Positions 38,961 through 51,579 of a DNA stretch of 63,962 nucleotides are shown in pieces. Below the pieces are notes generated by a model. That model had not been told where the DNA came from and searched no databases. It worked only from the letters and a program-made list of their open reading frames with translations. This DNA comes from Octopus bimaculoides (Eukaryota): the NCBI RefSeq assembly GCF_001194135.2, contig NC_068982.1, forward strand, positions 178,657,002 through 178,720,963, read 5' to 3'. Position 1 is the first letter of the stretch; every line of letters starts with the position of its first letter. Made by a program: the position numbers and the translations under genes.

Positions 38961-38998
38961 GTATATAAATACACACATACACACACACATATATATAT
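38826..38998. repeat. (TA)n compound microsatellite
   Basis: Direct read. Confidence 0.95.
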
Positions 38999-40482
38999 TT
39001 CAGAAAGTACCTCTAAATTCGGATCTTATAGTGTGTATTTTCCTTTTGCTCATTATGTCATTATTCCAGTTATTGTATTACCGCTAACATAAACTTATTA
39101 ATATGGAATTATCATCCCGTTTTTAATTATTGAAACAAATCTAACCAGTAATTATATGCTATAATTTTAATTGCTTAATAGCTTTAACATCAGCAGGTAT
39201 TTCAATTTCCTTATTGTTTTCATCTAATATTTAAGATATTTATATATTTAACAGAATTATATAATTGATTTCATGAAAGGCCGATTTCCTTTTAGCATAT
39301 TTAGAATAATATGTTAATTATAAAGTTCTCTTATAATAATATATATGTATTCATAATCGTATATAATTATGTCTATACATTTATATATGTATACAAATGC
39401 TTATATTCACATACTTGTTCCTCATCACAGAAATATTTCAATGAACGCATCTATTTCTATATATATGAATGAAACAGTAAATAAATATTTTAAAATAAAC
39501 TGTATTTTGCTAATTATTCAATTATATCTCGTTATTTCTCTTTACGTAGTGCTTAAATATAAACTTCCAGCTTACAAGCACACTCAAACATGCAAACATG
39601 CAAGTATTGGGATATTGTGGATTAAACCTGCTCCACTACAGAACTAGTGTTTATTAGATGTTGGCAACGGAACCAGTCTTTCTAACGAATATTTATTTGT
39701 GCATCCAACTTGATAGGCATATGCTATGCAAGCGCCATAAATTGCAGTAATCACACTAAGAATTCATCTGGTGTAAAAGAATAGTGGTGTCCAGTCCTGA
39801 ATAATGGAACCTAAGTCAACCAGAGCAGGATGTAACTAAATACAACCAACGAATTTTTTATTGATACTCTACTGCAGTACATATTCGTATTCGCAAGCAG
39901 CTGATATATTTTATACCGGAACATTTAGGACAACATAACTAGCGGTAGCTTCACCTACTGAGCCCAGTCATGTGGATTCTACAATGATTTACATAACCGG
40001 GTTTAACATATTAATAAAACAATTAAACAATGTAGTTCTTCATGTATAATCTAATTCTTGATGCTTAAATTCAACTACTAATAAGCTTTAATATTTTTAA
40101 TCGTACATTTGCTCAATCAACCTGACCCAGGGTTAGATAATACTTACAATGCACTAATTTCATAATGACTAAATATCAAGTCTGTCCACTGCAGAATATA
40201 TTGGAAATAAATTATCCATAGGTTAATGATACGTTGTTTTATTCTTTCACTGGCTGCACTCATTGCATATCGTAAGTTTAGTCATCTCATCAAACGAAGC
40301 ATTTTAGTTCAGTATCTAACAGATTGTGATCTATTAGTCAGTCTGTGAAGTTACGATGCATACTCGAAAAGAGCGCTTTTAAGCGATGTAAACACAATCA
40401 TATAAGTAGAGATTCGCACGAACAAAGTAATATATTTTTACACACACTCCACATACATCTAACATACGCGCGCATATATATA

Positions 40483-40845
40483 CAGGGTGGGGAAGCAAAA
40501 TTTACAATGAACGTTAAGTTCTTATTTCTCAGCAGGCACTAAGTCAATTGTTTTGAAACCTAGCGTATATTGATGTCAGAATCATGCCTGACACTATTAT
40601 CCTTACCTTTTCAGAAACTTTTGCCCATGTGAGTAATCAGGAAAGCAAATGTCAAAGAGTGTGTAATTTGCTGAATGCACTCGTCACACCAAATGAGATT
40701 TCAAGAATAGTTGGAGTCTCCATAAAGACTGTTTATAATGTAAAGAATAGAATGGCTATGAGCAAAACCATTACGAGGAAGTCTGGAAGTGGAGGAATCA
40801 ACAACAAACGTACCGAAGCTTTTATTAAAGCTCTTAAATCCGTTA
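40483..40845 (+). mobile_element. Tc1-family DNA transposon, 5' fragment (left TIR and N-terminal HTH)
   Basis: TA|CAGGGTGGGGAAGCAAAATTTACAATG terminus; SNQESKCQRVCNLLNALVTPNEISRIVGVSIKTVYNVKNRMAMSKTITRKSGSGG; no right TIR found. Confidence 0.8.
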
Positions 40846-42264
40846 ATGTAAGGTGAGAACAGAATGTGAATATTTGTAGGCCAAATGTACACGGTGTGGT
40901 GAGGATTTTGGATTTGATACACAATAAGAATGAAGATTAGAAGTTAGATATATAGAGTGTTAGCTGCGTGCATTGTGCATGCTACTATTTTAGAGGAGGA
41001 CATGTCATTGTAGTAACAATGGAAGGGATCGAGAGAACAAAAAGCTCGTTTGTTTGTGCTTGTAGTGTGCAAGGAATTTTTGCCAATCAAACACTTGACG
41101 TTCTTTTAAAGGTAGTAAATGATGTATGAGGGTGCGTACTGGATGGCTCTTGCTTTTGCTTTCGTATCCGGACCAACTCTTAGATAGCAGGTTTACAATG
41201 AAAGGTTCTACGTACGTGATCAACCAGTCATATTTCTAAACGACATTATTCAATATGTCCTTACATTTTAAAGCTTTTAAGGTGTGATTTGTAAGGAAAT
41301 TTTACTGATATTTCCAACACATCATTGGAATAGATATAAACGTCTTGTTAGGTATTGCTGCAGTATAGGAAGAAATAGCAAGAAGAAATAATGTGTTGGA
41401 GGACGGCTGGAACACGTTTGAGCGTGAATCTTTTTAAATTATACATATTAACTTCTAAATGTCCTCTAAGCTAGTCTGTATGTGTAGGTGATAACGATTG
41501 TATGCATTAAGCTAATAAAAGTTAATGTCGGTTATTAAAAGTAATATGAGATTACTACTCTGTAATCGGAACAATATTATTTTCAAGTTAATAGTTTCAG
41601 TCAGATTTCATGTGCAAAATAATTGCAATATTCTCCTGAATATTAAAATATTTAGATAGCACAAGAAAATATTAACAAGAATATTATCAAAATTTTACTT
41701 GAGCAATCTCGCATTGAGCTCAAATTATAATGTTATCTTGATTCGATACCTTATACTACAAAGGCATTAATCTTATTTTTTTTTCTGGTGTGAATCATCC
41801 AACATTAATTATTATTGACATAAAAGTTACACACGTTTCTTGTCGTCAATAATATAAAAAATAGAATATAAAATGTATAAAGATTTTTAGATACACATGT
41901 AGAGCGAAGTTCAGGACATAGTTGTTTATTGCTTTCATAAATAAGTCATTGTGCTCTTAGACTGAAAAACTTAATTCACTTGTAGTACTTTTTTAACATC
42001 TTTATGCCAAAGTCTGCAGAAGAAAAAAAAAGGTTATTGGATTATAGTCCCTGTTTATATTTCCTTCAATGTATTTTGTTTTCCGTTCACTTTGTTCTGA
42101 CTGACAAACATTCAAACTATCGACTACCTCTACTTCGAGAGAACCAATTTCCTTTATCTTACTGATTCGACCCTTATGTATAACCTCGAAAATTTCAAAT
42201 ACATTTTGCCGAAATTGGAGCAGCGCTGGAATATTATATTTGAATACTTTGGTCAATTTTGCCT

Positions 42265-42395
42265 TTTAGCCTTTCGGGATTGATAAAATGCCAGTACGTG
42301 ACAGCTACCAGTTATGTACTGAGGTCGATGTAATCGACTAACTCGCTCCCTCTTAAAATTGTTGTCCTTGTGCCAAAAGTTGAAACTATTGTTAT
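42265..42395 (+). mobile_element. SINE family A, 3' half
   Basis: cctttcgggattgataaaa...gaggtcgatgtaatcgact...aaaattgttgtccttgtgccaaaagttgaaactatt. Confidence 0.65.
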
Positions 42396-42399
42396 TATT

Positions 42400-42960
42400 A
42401 TTATGTGAGAGAGCAGTGCATGCCATCAAAGTGACACTGAGGTAAAATACACGAAACCCAGTATGCCTCTTATGACTACTCTAATAAGGGTACACCAGGC
42501 ACATGCGTCAAAAACATTGCGCGACATAATCTCATATCAAGATAAACAATATATGACCTTTGAGGTGGGGGCCCAGAAAGAATTTTCTTCGGGTCAAATA
42601 ACCCACCCTGATCAAAAGGTCCCTGAATAAAGTTTGTTTAAGACTGATGAACGAAACACCCATGTTTCCAGGGGTGAATTATTCAAACTCCAAAGTATTC
42701 CTCTCAACACATGGCTATGATGCTTCCACACTACTCCTGCTTATGATCAGAGATGCGCATATTGTCAGCCACTAAGATCACATGCGCAACTGGTTAAGAT
42801 CAGGGAATTGACATGCGGTCCTCCTCAGAATATTTACTGTAGCCCATCTTTTATACCAAGACAAAACATACATGATAACACTTCCAATCAGTTAAGATCA
42901 GAAGCCATGAGAGCCAGTACCTGAGAGTCACTGCATGAGGGCATTTATTGCTATTATTAT
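42400..42960 (-). mobile_element. ~550-bp non-coding interspersed repeat bounded by TAA triplets (SINE-like or LINE 3' UTR derivative)
   Basis: Ends ...gtgtcactttgatggcatgcactgctctctcacataataataat on the minus strand; recalled as an abundant octopus repeat, not verified. Confidence 0.5.
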
Positions 42961-43009
42961 TTCATATACGCGCAAGAGATTAAAGTATTGGAAAGAAAGT
43001 TACTTAACA

Positions 43010-43570
43010 TCGGGCTACAAGTAATACTAGAGGCGAAATACCTTACTAAGTATCCTAGCAGTCCCTAATAACGCTGTTTTCTGGAGCTCCTTATTCGCTG
43101 TGCCGTTCTGTAAAAATTCTAGGAGGCTTTTCTTTCACAGCAATTAAGCCTCTTTCACTCTTGTGTCTCTTAGTGCATAACTGGTTGATATTAGCTTCCA
43201 GGTAATGGGCTTCGTACATTGTCAAGAAGTTTCTAGTTTTTCTGTAAAGATTCTGAATGTCATTTTCGGTTCAGTTAACAATTCCAGTTTCATATCTGAT
43301 TACCGGTAGTGCTTTTGCTTTTACTGATTCAATATTTTGACTGTAATATTTTTCTCACTCTCCCCGTCTACTCCCTACTGCTAACTTGTTTTGTCTTTTC
43401 ATGTATTATTTCATCTTCTTCCAGTATCCCTGAATACTTATACCACTGTCCCTTCTCAACTGCTTTCATTGTTTGACCATTTAGTATTTCAATTTCCTGG
43501 CTAACTTCAAATCGTCATCATTTCCTTTTTAAAATAGCGCATTTTCTAATCCTAAATTACACGCCTACAT
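43010..43570 (-). mobile_element. R4/Dong-like LINE: RT C-terminal part fused directly to the last REL residues
   Basis: FRIRKCAI...YKYSGILEEDEIIHE...ALPVIRYETGIVN*TENDIQNLYRKTRNFLTMY... then ELQKTALLGTARILSK. Confidence 0.75.
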
Positions 43571-43899
43571 CATTTGAGAAAATGCGAACAATATGTGCAA
43601 GACTTTCAAGCGGTTTCTCATTTCCCCATACATCTTTATAAAAGGAGATGATTTTTCTGACAATATCTTTTTCCCAAATCGTAAGCTATTTTAACTTTTC
43701 GCAATATCAAACTGAGCGGTATCATGGCCAATACAAATAGTAATGGAGATAACCTATCACACTGAAATATTCTACGTCTAATGTTGCTTTTCTAAGTCTT
43801 TGTTTTTCCTCTAGTTAATTCAGTATTCCAATGTTTTATATTTTCATTAGTCATTTTCTCATCACTTCTTGATTTTTCTTGCTCTAGCTAATTCTGTGA

Positions 43900-44545
43900 G
43901 AACGGACAACTCGTTGTCAAGGGTCTCATCGGATCTTCTTCCACGATACTTAACATCCAAGTACCAATTGCAAAATCCTCGCTTTCCTCAATAAAGCAGT
44001 TTTCTGAGCATGTTCTATCTTCATGTCAATCTTAGTTTCTCCAATAAATTTCTCAAACCTGGTTGTTAATGTTCCCAATGTCCCGACAACTCCGGGGATC
44101 ACAGTTACTTTACTCACATTCGTGCAGTCTCATCTTTTAGTGGCTCGTACTTCTCTATCTTTTGCAGTTCTTTATCACCCACTCGTACATCCTCAGGTAT
44201 GACAATATCTATGATCTTGATTTCCTTCATCATTTTATCAACTACAATAACGTCTGGCCTCCGAGCTTCAACCACTGAATCACAACGGATTGTGAAATCC
44301 CACAAAATCTTACACTCATTATTCATGGGTCACCAAGAATAATGAGTCTAAGATTTCAATGTCCTTTCAACACCGCAGTTCTCACAAAATCTCCAAAAAT
44401 AACGTAACTAGTAGCTATGTAATCATATCTCCTTTTGTATTCCTTCTAAGCCAACTTGCTACACACTCTCACAATATCAGATTTTTCGGTTTTGATGCCA
44501 CACTTCCTGCAAAGGAGTGATTCACTACTCTTATCTATTTGGAAC
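43900..44545 (-). mobile_element. R4/Dong-like LINE 3' fragment (CCHC knuckle and REL)
   Basis: CRKCGIKTE...VCSKLA; KILWDFTIRCDSVVEARRPDVIVVDK...IIDIVIP...KIEKYEPLK (PD..D..K motif). Confidence 0.88.
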
Positions 44546-44859
44546 AAGTAGGGAGCGGAGAACATCTAGTGGCCTTACCTCTCTTGGTGTCCAATTGCAG
44601 ATATAACTTTAAATTATTACTGTGACACGGAAATTACTGATATTTATTACTCCTTTTGTATCTATCACAGGTTTTAGTATTAATCTAATGCGCGTATAAT
44701 AGATCTTTCAAGACTTTTATTTGTGTGTATGTGCGTGTTGTTCCTAAGTATACTTGTATGTTTGAGTTAAGATTATTTTATTCCAGTTTCTTTCTTTAGT
44801 ATGATATCAATGTTCTTAATGAAGTCTACTTTCTTCAGTTTTCTTTTTATAAATTTATA

Positions 44860-45605
44860 TATTCTCTTTAGTAGTGTTTCTAGTTGTTTATCCTCTGCAA
44901 CGTACAGCGTGAAGAAGTCTACATAGAAAAATAAAACAAAAGCTGACTGTTCCCACCATAGTACTGTATCAAGTTCAGCCCTTTTTAAAATGTTAGCTAT
45001 AGGTATTAGCGACAACAGAAAAAAGGGTAGAGTGAGGAATTTTTTTTACATTATTCCTTTTCTATTTGAAGTAGATTTAGTTTTCATAGACGCCTCCTTT
45101 GTCGTTATCTTCCAAATTGTTTGACTGCAACTCATGGCATACTACATGGAGCTTCTTAATATTGGCATTATCTTCCTCATGGATAATATTTCCAGGATAC
45201 ACGCGTAAGAACTACTGTCAAAAGCCTCGTGGACGTCAATCCATGCAATGCTTAAAACCTTTCCCTTTTTCTAACCTTCGTTTATGGCTTTGTTGATCAG
45301 TAATTATCTTCACAGCCATATGAACCTTTGAAGAATCCATTCAACAATTCTGCAAACAGTTTGTTTTTTATCATTGTTTGTAAATTTTTCACTGCGTTAC
45401 TTTTGCTGCACTGATTTCTGTTTATTTTTGCCTAGTTCTTGATAAATTCTTTTTGAGTCGCATCGCAGTCGAACTGTTTGTTTTCTTCACAGAATCTTGT
45501 TCCTCATACTGTTGGATTTTGCGATTTAAGCAACGATCTCTTGTATCAGGCGTTCTTTGATTTCGCCTGATACAAGAGATCCTTGTGTTCTCATATTTCT
45601 GTAGC
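44860..45605 (-). mobile_element. R4/Dong-like LINE, decayed N-terminal and RT core fragments
   Basis: LSIAWIDVHEAFDS...SLIPIANILK...YVDFFTLY; N-terminal-like segment 45420-45600. Confidence 0.65.
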
Positions 45606-45636
45606 TTTTGGCCTCTTCTCCTCCCCTTCCTCTTCT

Positions 45637-45668
<32 letters not shown>

Positions 45669-46362
45669 TTCTTTTTCTCCTTCTCCTCCCCTTCTTCTTC
45701 TTTTTCTCCTTCTCCTCCCCTTCTTCTTCTTCTTCTTCTTCTTCTTCTTCTTTTTCTCCTTCTCCTCCCCTTCTTCTTCTTCTTCTCCTTCTCCTCCCCT
45801 TCTTCTTCTTCTTCTTCTTCTTCTTCTTCTCCTTCTCCTTCTCTTTCTTCTTCTCCTCTCCTTCTTCTTCTTCTTCTTCTTCTCCCCTTCTTCTTCTTCT
45901 TCTTATTCTTCTTCTTCTCCCCTTCTTCTTCTTCTTCTTCTTCTTCTTCTTCTTCTTCTTCTCCCCTTCTTCTTCTTCTTCTTCTTCTTCTTCTCCCCTT
46001 CTTCTTCTTCTTCTTCTTCTTCTTCTTCTTCTTCNNNNNNNNNNNNNNNNNNNNNNNNNNNNNNNNNNNNNNNNNNNNNNNNNNNNNNNNNNNNNNNNNN
46101 NNNNNNNNNNNNNNNNNNNNNNNNNNNNNNNNNNNNNNNNNNNNNNNNNNNNNNNNNNNNNNNNNNNNNNNNNNNNNNNNNNNNNNNNNNNNNNNNNNNN
46201 NNNNNNNNNNNNNNNNNNNNNNNNNNNNNNNNNNNNNNNNNNNNNNNNNNNNNNNNNNNNNNNNNNNNNNNNNNNNNNNNNNNNNNNNNNNNNNNNNNNN
46301 NNNNNNNNNNNNNNNNNNNNNNNNACCACCACCACCACCACCACTGCCACCGCCGCCACCAC
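45605..46362. repeat. Compound (TTC/CTC)n repeat, assembly gap (N 46035-46324) and (ACC)n
   Basis: Direct read; source of the poly-E/K/R ORFs. Confidence 0.95.
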
Positions 46363-46625
46363 CACGTGGCTGATGGACTCCATGCATCATTAGGAGGTGT
46401 CTTGTCTTCCTGTCAAACTCCTTTAGCTCCTCCTCCCTCCACTTCAGAATTCTAGCGCTATATCGAACCACTGCGACTGCGCGAGAGTTTATTGCTGAAA
46501 CTGTTTCTGGCATTCTGCTGTGAAACAATATTTGCCTTCATCATTTCACCACTCGGCATACGTATGCTTTCTGTCCTGAAAAGCTTTCTTCGACTCACCA
46601 TCATCGTAGTGTCATTGCTATGTCC
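46363..46625 (-). mobile_element. R4/Dong-like LINE, RT C-terminal fragment
   Basis: ETVSAINSRAVAVVRYSARILKWREEELKEFDRKTRHLLMMHGVHQPR; about 80% similar to 50060-50200 by eye. Confidence 0.85.
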
Positions 46626-46899
46626 GTTTATTTCTCTAGCCACATAACTGAAAACCACCACTTAGCTGTTACTTCTATATTTCCTATCTCTGAACTTTCT
46701 TGCATAGATTACTTTATTCAACTAGATTCTACATATTGATTCTCTGTATCATCATCGACCAGTAAATAAAATATAGTTTTATGTAGTAAATATATAGATC
46801 TTGAATTTATTCTTCATCTCTTTATCAACTATTGTAATAACATACACGCAGTCACATCAACACCTTGTACTGACTATATATTTCCACTAACATATTATA

Positions 46900-47885
46900 A
46901 GCGTAACACACTTTTTAGTCCCAAATTTCATTCTGATATCCTAATTGAATATCTGTACCGTTGAGACTAGGCCATTTATTTCAGGTTCGATCTTTCCAAA
47001 GATCTTTAAAACAACGATATTTGACAGATGATTTAATTTTTCTCCACTTTTCAAGGTGAACCCCGATGTCACTTTCCGTAATATCTGTGTGAGGAATATC
47101 ATACACATCACAATCAGCAATGGTGGTAGGCTATCTCCTTGGAATATGCCTCTCTTGATGTTAACCCTCGCCAAAAAGTTTGCACTTAAAGTTAACTCTG
47201 CATTCCAATTTTTTATTGACCTCCTAATAAAATTCAATTTATCAGACACCTGTACCAGCTCAAGACTTTCTAAAATCCTGGAATGGGGTCCATGTCATCC
47301 GCTTTCTTATCATCGATCCACGCCATGCCCAAAATAGTAAGTCTTTTCTTGCAGTCGTTCAGTATCATTCTGTCTATGAGAAGTTGGTCTTTTGTCCCTC
47401 GGGTTTTCATTCTGCACCCTTTCTGTTCCACTGACAGTTTTACACATAATTAGATATTATTCCTGTCATCAGGGGTAGACAAGTGATAGGCTGGTAATTA
47501 TCCACTGCATTGCTTTGCTGGGATCCTCTTGACAAAGAATTGTTTTACCTGTGGTCAGCTACTTTGGGATTTGTACACCGTTGTTGATCATTTTATCCAT
47601 TTACGTGGCTATTCTTTTGTCGAGTGCTGGGAAATTTGTCAGCCAATATCCTTACACTCTATCGGGTCCTGGGCATTTCCAGTTTGGAATCTTTGTTGTC
47701 TGTTCGGTTACCATTTCAGTCGTTATTCTAATATTGCTCTGTTCCACTTCATATTTTTCTGACCTAAATTCCTTCAGCCATTTAGCATCTTTGTTATGTT
47801 TTCTTCCATTATCCCAGATGTTACTCCAAAACCTTTTACTTTCTTCAGCGTCTGGTCTCTCACTGCTGTTAACCTTTCCATTCAT
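46900..47885 (-). mobile_element. R4/Dong-like LINE, RT core (domain 0 to about 6), disabled
   Basis: PDAEESKRFWSNIW...HNKDAKWL...KIPNWKCPGPDRV; RVNIKRGIFQGDSLPPLL; 5' boundary at (TAA)n 47882-47972. Confidence 0.9.
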
Positions 47886-47894
47886 TATTATTGT

Positions 47895-47956
<62 letters not shown>

Positions 47957-48229
47957 TTCATTATTATTTTCATTAATATCTTCTTTTAGTCCTGTTTCCA
48001 TTTCTTGCTGAGTGTCTTCCTGACACCTACGGCAGAGAAACGCACTGTGTACATTGGTATAGGCCATAAAAATAAGCGCACCAGACTTTTCATTTACAAA
48101 GTCATGTGATAGAGAAAAAGGGGAAGAAAGACAGAGAGAAAAAAGTAAAAATAAAAAATAAAAAAGTAAGCAATAAAATAAAGGGTGATGGGGGGGGGGG
48201 GGGAGGAAAGAAAATTCACAACGACAATG

Positions 48230-49335
48230 CTCTTTTCAATACGTGTGAGAATTGAGATTTCTGCGTTTGTTATGACAGTTCTTAAGGATCATGCGATTGA
48301 TTAAGAGTTGGTCTTTGCATCCATATGAGCCTTGTCGGCACCCTTTTTGTTCACTGAGAATAATATCGTTCTGTTCCATAAATTTGTTTGCCTTTCTCCA
48401 CGAGGATGGATGTTAAAATTCTATGCATGGTAGACAGACATGTAATGGGCCGATAGTTTGGGGGAAAATTGATTTCATTATTCTTAGAAAGTAGGTAAGT
48501 AATACCTCTTGCTAACCGATCAGGTGTTTTCGTACGATCTCATAATTTCATTGAATAACTGAACTAACTTTTCGCATGCGCAAGAGAGCGAGGTGAGCCA
48601 GAATTTTGGCACCTTATCATTACCAGGGAATTTCCACTTATGGAACTTCGTAGGTGTCATCCTTAGGTCTACTATTGTGATGTCTTCCCATGCTTGTTCT
48701 GGTAAGTTTTGGTAGGATCCTTCTGTGCGTCTACTCTTGTCTGCCTTTTCATGGTAAGTTTTTTTCCAGATATTTTTCCAGAAGTTTTCAACCCCTTCTA
48801 TGGCAATTTCTATTCCAATTTCTCTGTCGAATGTTTTCGCATTGGATGTGAACAGCTTATTTTGTTTGTAAAATTTGTTTCCCTTCTCGATTCTTCGCAT
48901 TCTCTGATCTTTTACTCGGACTTTTGTTGCTGAAAGCAGTTCTTCTCTTGGTGAGAAGCTATGTTGTCTTTTCACCTTTCTTCCTTTTCTGGTTTTTACA
49001 TCATTTCCACAGATTAGTTCAGTCAATGTTGATGCTTCACTTTTCATTATTTCAATCTCTTTTTCAATTTTACTTTTCCAGTTTGGACTTCTTCTCAGGC
49101 TTGTATTTCTTTGTTATTTCAGAGGCGTACAACTTGTTTCAATTGTCTCAGCAGCCGCGTAAATAGTTTCATTTAATTCAGTGAGATCTGGTTTCAGTTC
49201 TGGTATAATTTCATTTGTTATCATTTCGCTTCCAATTTTAATTTGTTTTCTATTTTGGATTGTATTTGAGAGCTTATGAAGTGGTTCTCTATCATGCATA
49301 TTGGTGTTTATTACAACAGGAACCATACGTGGTGC
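48230..49335 (-). mobile_element. R4/Dong-like LINE, N-terminal region and RT domains 0-3 (different subfamily)
   Basis: FYKQNKLFTSNAK...VENFWKNIW...KFHKWKFPGNDKVPKFWL...PNYRPITCLST...EQKGCRQGSYGCKDQLLIN. Confidence 0.88.
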
Positions 49336-49469
49336 ACCTTTTCCACATCACTAGGTCCAGTCTGTTATGCTATAATACCTGATGTGTTCGGATTGGGAAA
49401 TTCCATAGGATTTTGCTAGTCTCCGACTCTGCTACTCTCGCGGTCTGCGTTCATACTACGTCTTGCCTC

Positions 49470-50232
49470 TTTCTAATCCCCACTTTTCTCATACTTTCCA
49501 GGTTAGCACATTCGTTACCTGGTCGTGACGCCACAAATTTTTGTGGTCTTGGGCAAGTCTAGGTAGTTTGTTCGTGATATGGGCAAGGGTCTCATCTACT
49601 CTATTACAGATGAGACACAGCGGAAACATTTGATCTTTCCTAAGGCTGACTCTCCAGTTCGTGGTCCAAGCTTCGTCTTGCGCTGCCAGTATAGTTGTTT
49701 CGGACTCTTTTTTTACTGTTCCGTTCATCAGCCAATCTCACCTATTTTCCCAGTTACTTCTACTGTGCCCACATGGAATTGATTGCGTAGTTCCTGATTG
49801 CGTAGTTCCTGATTGCGTAGTTCCTGATTGCGTAATTCTTCTTTATGTCCTTCTTGTACTTCTTCCTTTGTTTTCCCTTTTTTTCTGCTCTCAATACTCC
49901 CTCATTCCTAACTCTCACTAGCAAGGTTTCCTTGCTTTGCGCAAGGTATCTCATTAAGCTCTCGAGTTCGAAACACACGCAATCTTCCACACTTAGTCCC
50001 CTTCTTCCATTTGCTCTCTTCATGTATAGGCGATCAGTGTCTGCACGTGGACGATGGGCTCCATGCATCGTTAGGAGCTTTCTTGTCTTCCTGTTCATCG
50101 TCTTTAGCTCCTTCTCTGTACACTTCAGGATTCCAGCGCCATAACGAACTACTGCGACTGCGCGCGTGTTTATTGCCGAAATTTTGTGTCTGGCATTCAT
50201 CTTTGACGTGAATATTTTTCTCACTCTCTAAT
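49470..50232 (-). mobile_element. R4/Dong-like LINE, RT C-terminus to CCHC knuckle
   Basis: RKIFTSKMNARHKISAINTRAVAVVRYGAGILK...HRPRADTDRLYMKRANGRRGL; ESETTILAAQDEAW...CLICNRVDETLAHI. Confidence 0.9.
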
Positions 50233-51575
50233 TCTTCATCGATATGCTTTATCGCAGCAAAAGTACCGTCCGTTTTGGGTTGCGCACTGGTATTGCGGTT
50301 TCCTTGATTTGGAAACATGCCCCAGTCTTAATACACAAACCTAATTTATCCGTCAACACTTCAGGAAAAGCATTAAAAAAATTTTCTTCAATTCAGCTGA
50401 CGTCTTATTCTTACTGGAGGACCATCATGTATGTTTTTACAGAATAGATTTATGGGGATTCCTATGAATCAAATAACTCCATCCAGTCACTACCGAACAA
50501 GTTTGTTGCCTTTTTTAACACAAACACTTTTGCTTTACAGGTTTTACCACGAAGTGTAATGTCGTTTACCATTTCTCCTAAGAAGTGTAATCTTTCACCT
50601 GTGACGTCTCGCGCACTTTTCAATATTTTCTTTAATGTAGGTTCCCCAATTTTTTCCACGTTTGGTATCTATAATTGTAAGGCCAGTACCTGTGTCTAGT
50701 TGTAGTTGTACGCTCGCGTCGTTTATTTTTACATACACATACATTCTTTTTTGGGTGTCGTCATGACTTTCCATTGAGCAAACCATTTTAGAAGGATTTT
50801 TCCGACCTTTTTAGCTTTGCTATGCAGTGCAAGCTTTTATGTTCTATTTTTTGACAACTAAAACATTTCCGAGTTTTAAATGGACAGTCTTTCTAAAATT
50901 GCTGACCTCGATTACCAATAACATGGATTTAGTCGTAACATTCTTTTTTTTATTTATTTATTTATTCCTAGTCGACATGTCTGTACTTGAGAGAAAAATG
51001 TTTTCTTCAATTTTCTTTACGTCCTGTTGCAAGTTCATAATTCTTTAACATTCCTCAGCTCCTGCCTGCAGGATCAAATTCTAGTCCTCTTGTTCTAACT
51101 TTGTAAGAATCCGTGCAAGTATTTCGTCATCTCTGTTTGCCGTTAAATCGTGCACAAAGATGAGGTACTTAAACATGTCTGGAGATAATTCCTTCTGTTT
51201 AAATTTTTCGCACATTTTATTTATGATTCCGGCATAACTGACAAAGTTTTCGTCCTCTTCTTTTAGTAAGTTCAAACACTTCCAGAGAGTGTTAAACGGA
51301 GCACTTATCGCTGAACATTTTGAATAGCAATTCAATTGTTTCCTCAAAGCAATTTTCACTTGTTCTTTTAGGCAGGATAAAATTGCAGTATCATTCATGT
51401 TCTGAAGGAGCTAATTTTCATAACAGTAGTCTCACTTTTTCATCGTCTGTCCAACACTTGAATTCTTCCTTGAAGCTTCCTTTGTATCTTCTGATGCACG
51501 CCGAAAATGTTATACCCTCTATTATAGCATTCGCTATGCAGTCTGTCGAAAACGAACTTGCAGACTACGGGTCCT
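50233..51575 (-). mobile_element. Ty3/gypsy LTR-retrotransposon fragment (gag, CCHC knuckle, aspartic protease, start of RT)
   Basis: WTDDEKVRLLL*KL...; CFSCQKIEHKSLHC (CX2CX4HX4C, ~50822-50866); VQLQLDTGTGLTII; NLFGSDWMELF; IPVRNPKRTVLFAAIKHIDEELE. Confidence 0.88.
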
Positions 51576-51579
51576 TTCT

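Noticed and set aside
42644-42665. CTGATGA-AC-GAAAC
   Set aside because: No stem II and no stem I; it lies within an ordinary repeat. CUGANGA hits at 11711, 58590 and 62265 were rejected for the same reason.
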